DNA of 64,000 nt, from contig NC_042997.1 of NCBI RefSeq assembly GCF_006345805.1, positions 174,964,001-175,028,000 of the forward strand, in the 5' to 3' direction. The position numbers and the translations under genes are program-made. The notes below the pieces were generated by a model that worked only from the letters and a program-made list of their open reading frames with translations, had not been told where the DNA came from and did no database searches. The stretch comes from Octopus sinensis. Taxonomy: Eukaryota. Positions 62,791 to 64,000 of this stretch are shown one piece after another (the stretch's first letter is position 1; each line of letters starts with the position of its first letter).

Positions 62791-63399
62791 AACAAGGAGA
62801 GGAGTACAGGTATAGTGTGGGGTACATGCGAATGTGATATGGTCCTTTATGCAAATGTCTTGAGATGGGCAAGAGAGCTAGTGTGTCTAAGTTGGCAGGA
62901 GTAGTTGGAGTGCTGGTGAAAGGAAGCAGTATACAGTGAAGGGAAAATATCCAGTGCCATCCTAAGTTACCATGAGATTGAGAAGAGGAGAAAGTGATTT
63001 GAGAGGTAAATAATAAAAGCATGAATGGTAAAGGTTTTGACAATAGAGATATGTGAAACTGGCATGACTGACAGACATATGTGTGGATGTGATAGAGAGG
63101 TCTTACAGAGATGAGAAGCTATCATCATCATCATAATCATCATTTAACATCAATTTTCCATGCTGGCATGGCTTGGACTGTTTGGCAAGAGCTGCCCAGG
63201 CTCTATATCTCTTTTGGCATGGTTTCTATGGCTGGATGCCCTTCCTAATGCCAACCACTTTACAGGGTGTACCAGGTGCTTTTACACAGTACCAGCATGG
63301 GTGCATTTACAGGGCACCAGCATCCACAAGGTTAGGAATGCTTAGCTGGAGAGGGATGCAGGGAGCAGCCTGTATGCAAGGACAACTATATATATAGTT

Positions 63400-63595
63400 G
63401 AAATTTACAGAAAAGCAAAAGACAGAAACAGGTGTATAAGCAACAAGCAAGTGTATTAGTTTCATGCTCGGAAAGGTGAGAAAGTCTTTTACATTTCGAG
63501 CCTATGCTCTTCAACAGAAAGTTTCATGAGGAAATAAACAGAGAGAGAATAAAAAAACTTTTGGTGTTTGCATACCTATACATGTATATACAGGT
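63400..63595 (-). mobile_element. TA-embedded element with variant hammerhead motif (copy 4)
   Basis: CTTT-CTGTTGA-A-GAGC(ATAG)GCTC-GAAATGT-A-AAAG at 63486-63521. Confidence 0.7.
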
Positions 63596-64000
63596 ACCCA
63601 TATATATATATATTGGACAGGTAGGTCTTCTGCATAACATGTCACCACTCAACATGGATGATCCTTTGACATCTCTCCCCTCTTAAAGGTAACAACTTCG
63701 GATCTGTCTTCATTACATTGTCTTCCTCAATCTCCTTTTTCTACAGGTTCATTCATTTTGACTGTGTAATGCTTTTGTTTTACAGTTGTCCTCTTCCATA
63801 TGCATCATATGACCATACCAAGGTTATCTTCTGCTTTGTGTACTACATCTAATTCCTCTTATGTTCACTTTGCTTTTTTCTCTCTGCTCATTAATGCATT
63901 CAGCAGAGAATGCTCACTTTTTCTATTTTTAGTTTGCACAATTATTCTGCATTTAAGGCCTATGTTACTCTCTACAGTACAACAGCATGTTTTATACACA

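Overview
AT-rich, microsatellite-dense eukaryotic DNA. The SINE families look like those of Octopus (coleoid cephalopod); this is an inference from recognising the repeats. There is one convincing host gene: a single-coding-exon C2H2 zinc-finger gene (60605-61123, +) whose fingers resemble the ZNF148/ZNF281/ZNF740 type. It has a non-coding 5' splice acceptor and a candidate promoter at about 48.2-49.2 kb. The rest is transposon debris: CR1-type, Tx1/L1-type and RTE LINE remnants, at least four tRNA-derived SINE families, three Tc1/mariner deletion derivatives, and hAT-, piggyBac- and Helentron-like non-autonomous elements. The main result not shown by the ORF track is about 18 type I hammerhead-ribozyme (HHR) motifs from roughly ten unrelated sequence families. 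They lie mostly in or beside (TA)n tracts and are often arranged as inverted pairs, including a near-perfect 1-kb palindrome and a hairpin just after the ZNF stop codon. One pair brackets a recognisable Penelope-like element (PLE) ORF remnant, which ties these ribozymes to PLE pseudo-LTRs. Several carry recurrent non-canonical core variants (U6, C4, A.A or U.U at 10.1/11.1). All folds were derived by eye and no activity is demonstrated. Repeat boundaries are approximate.
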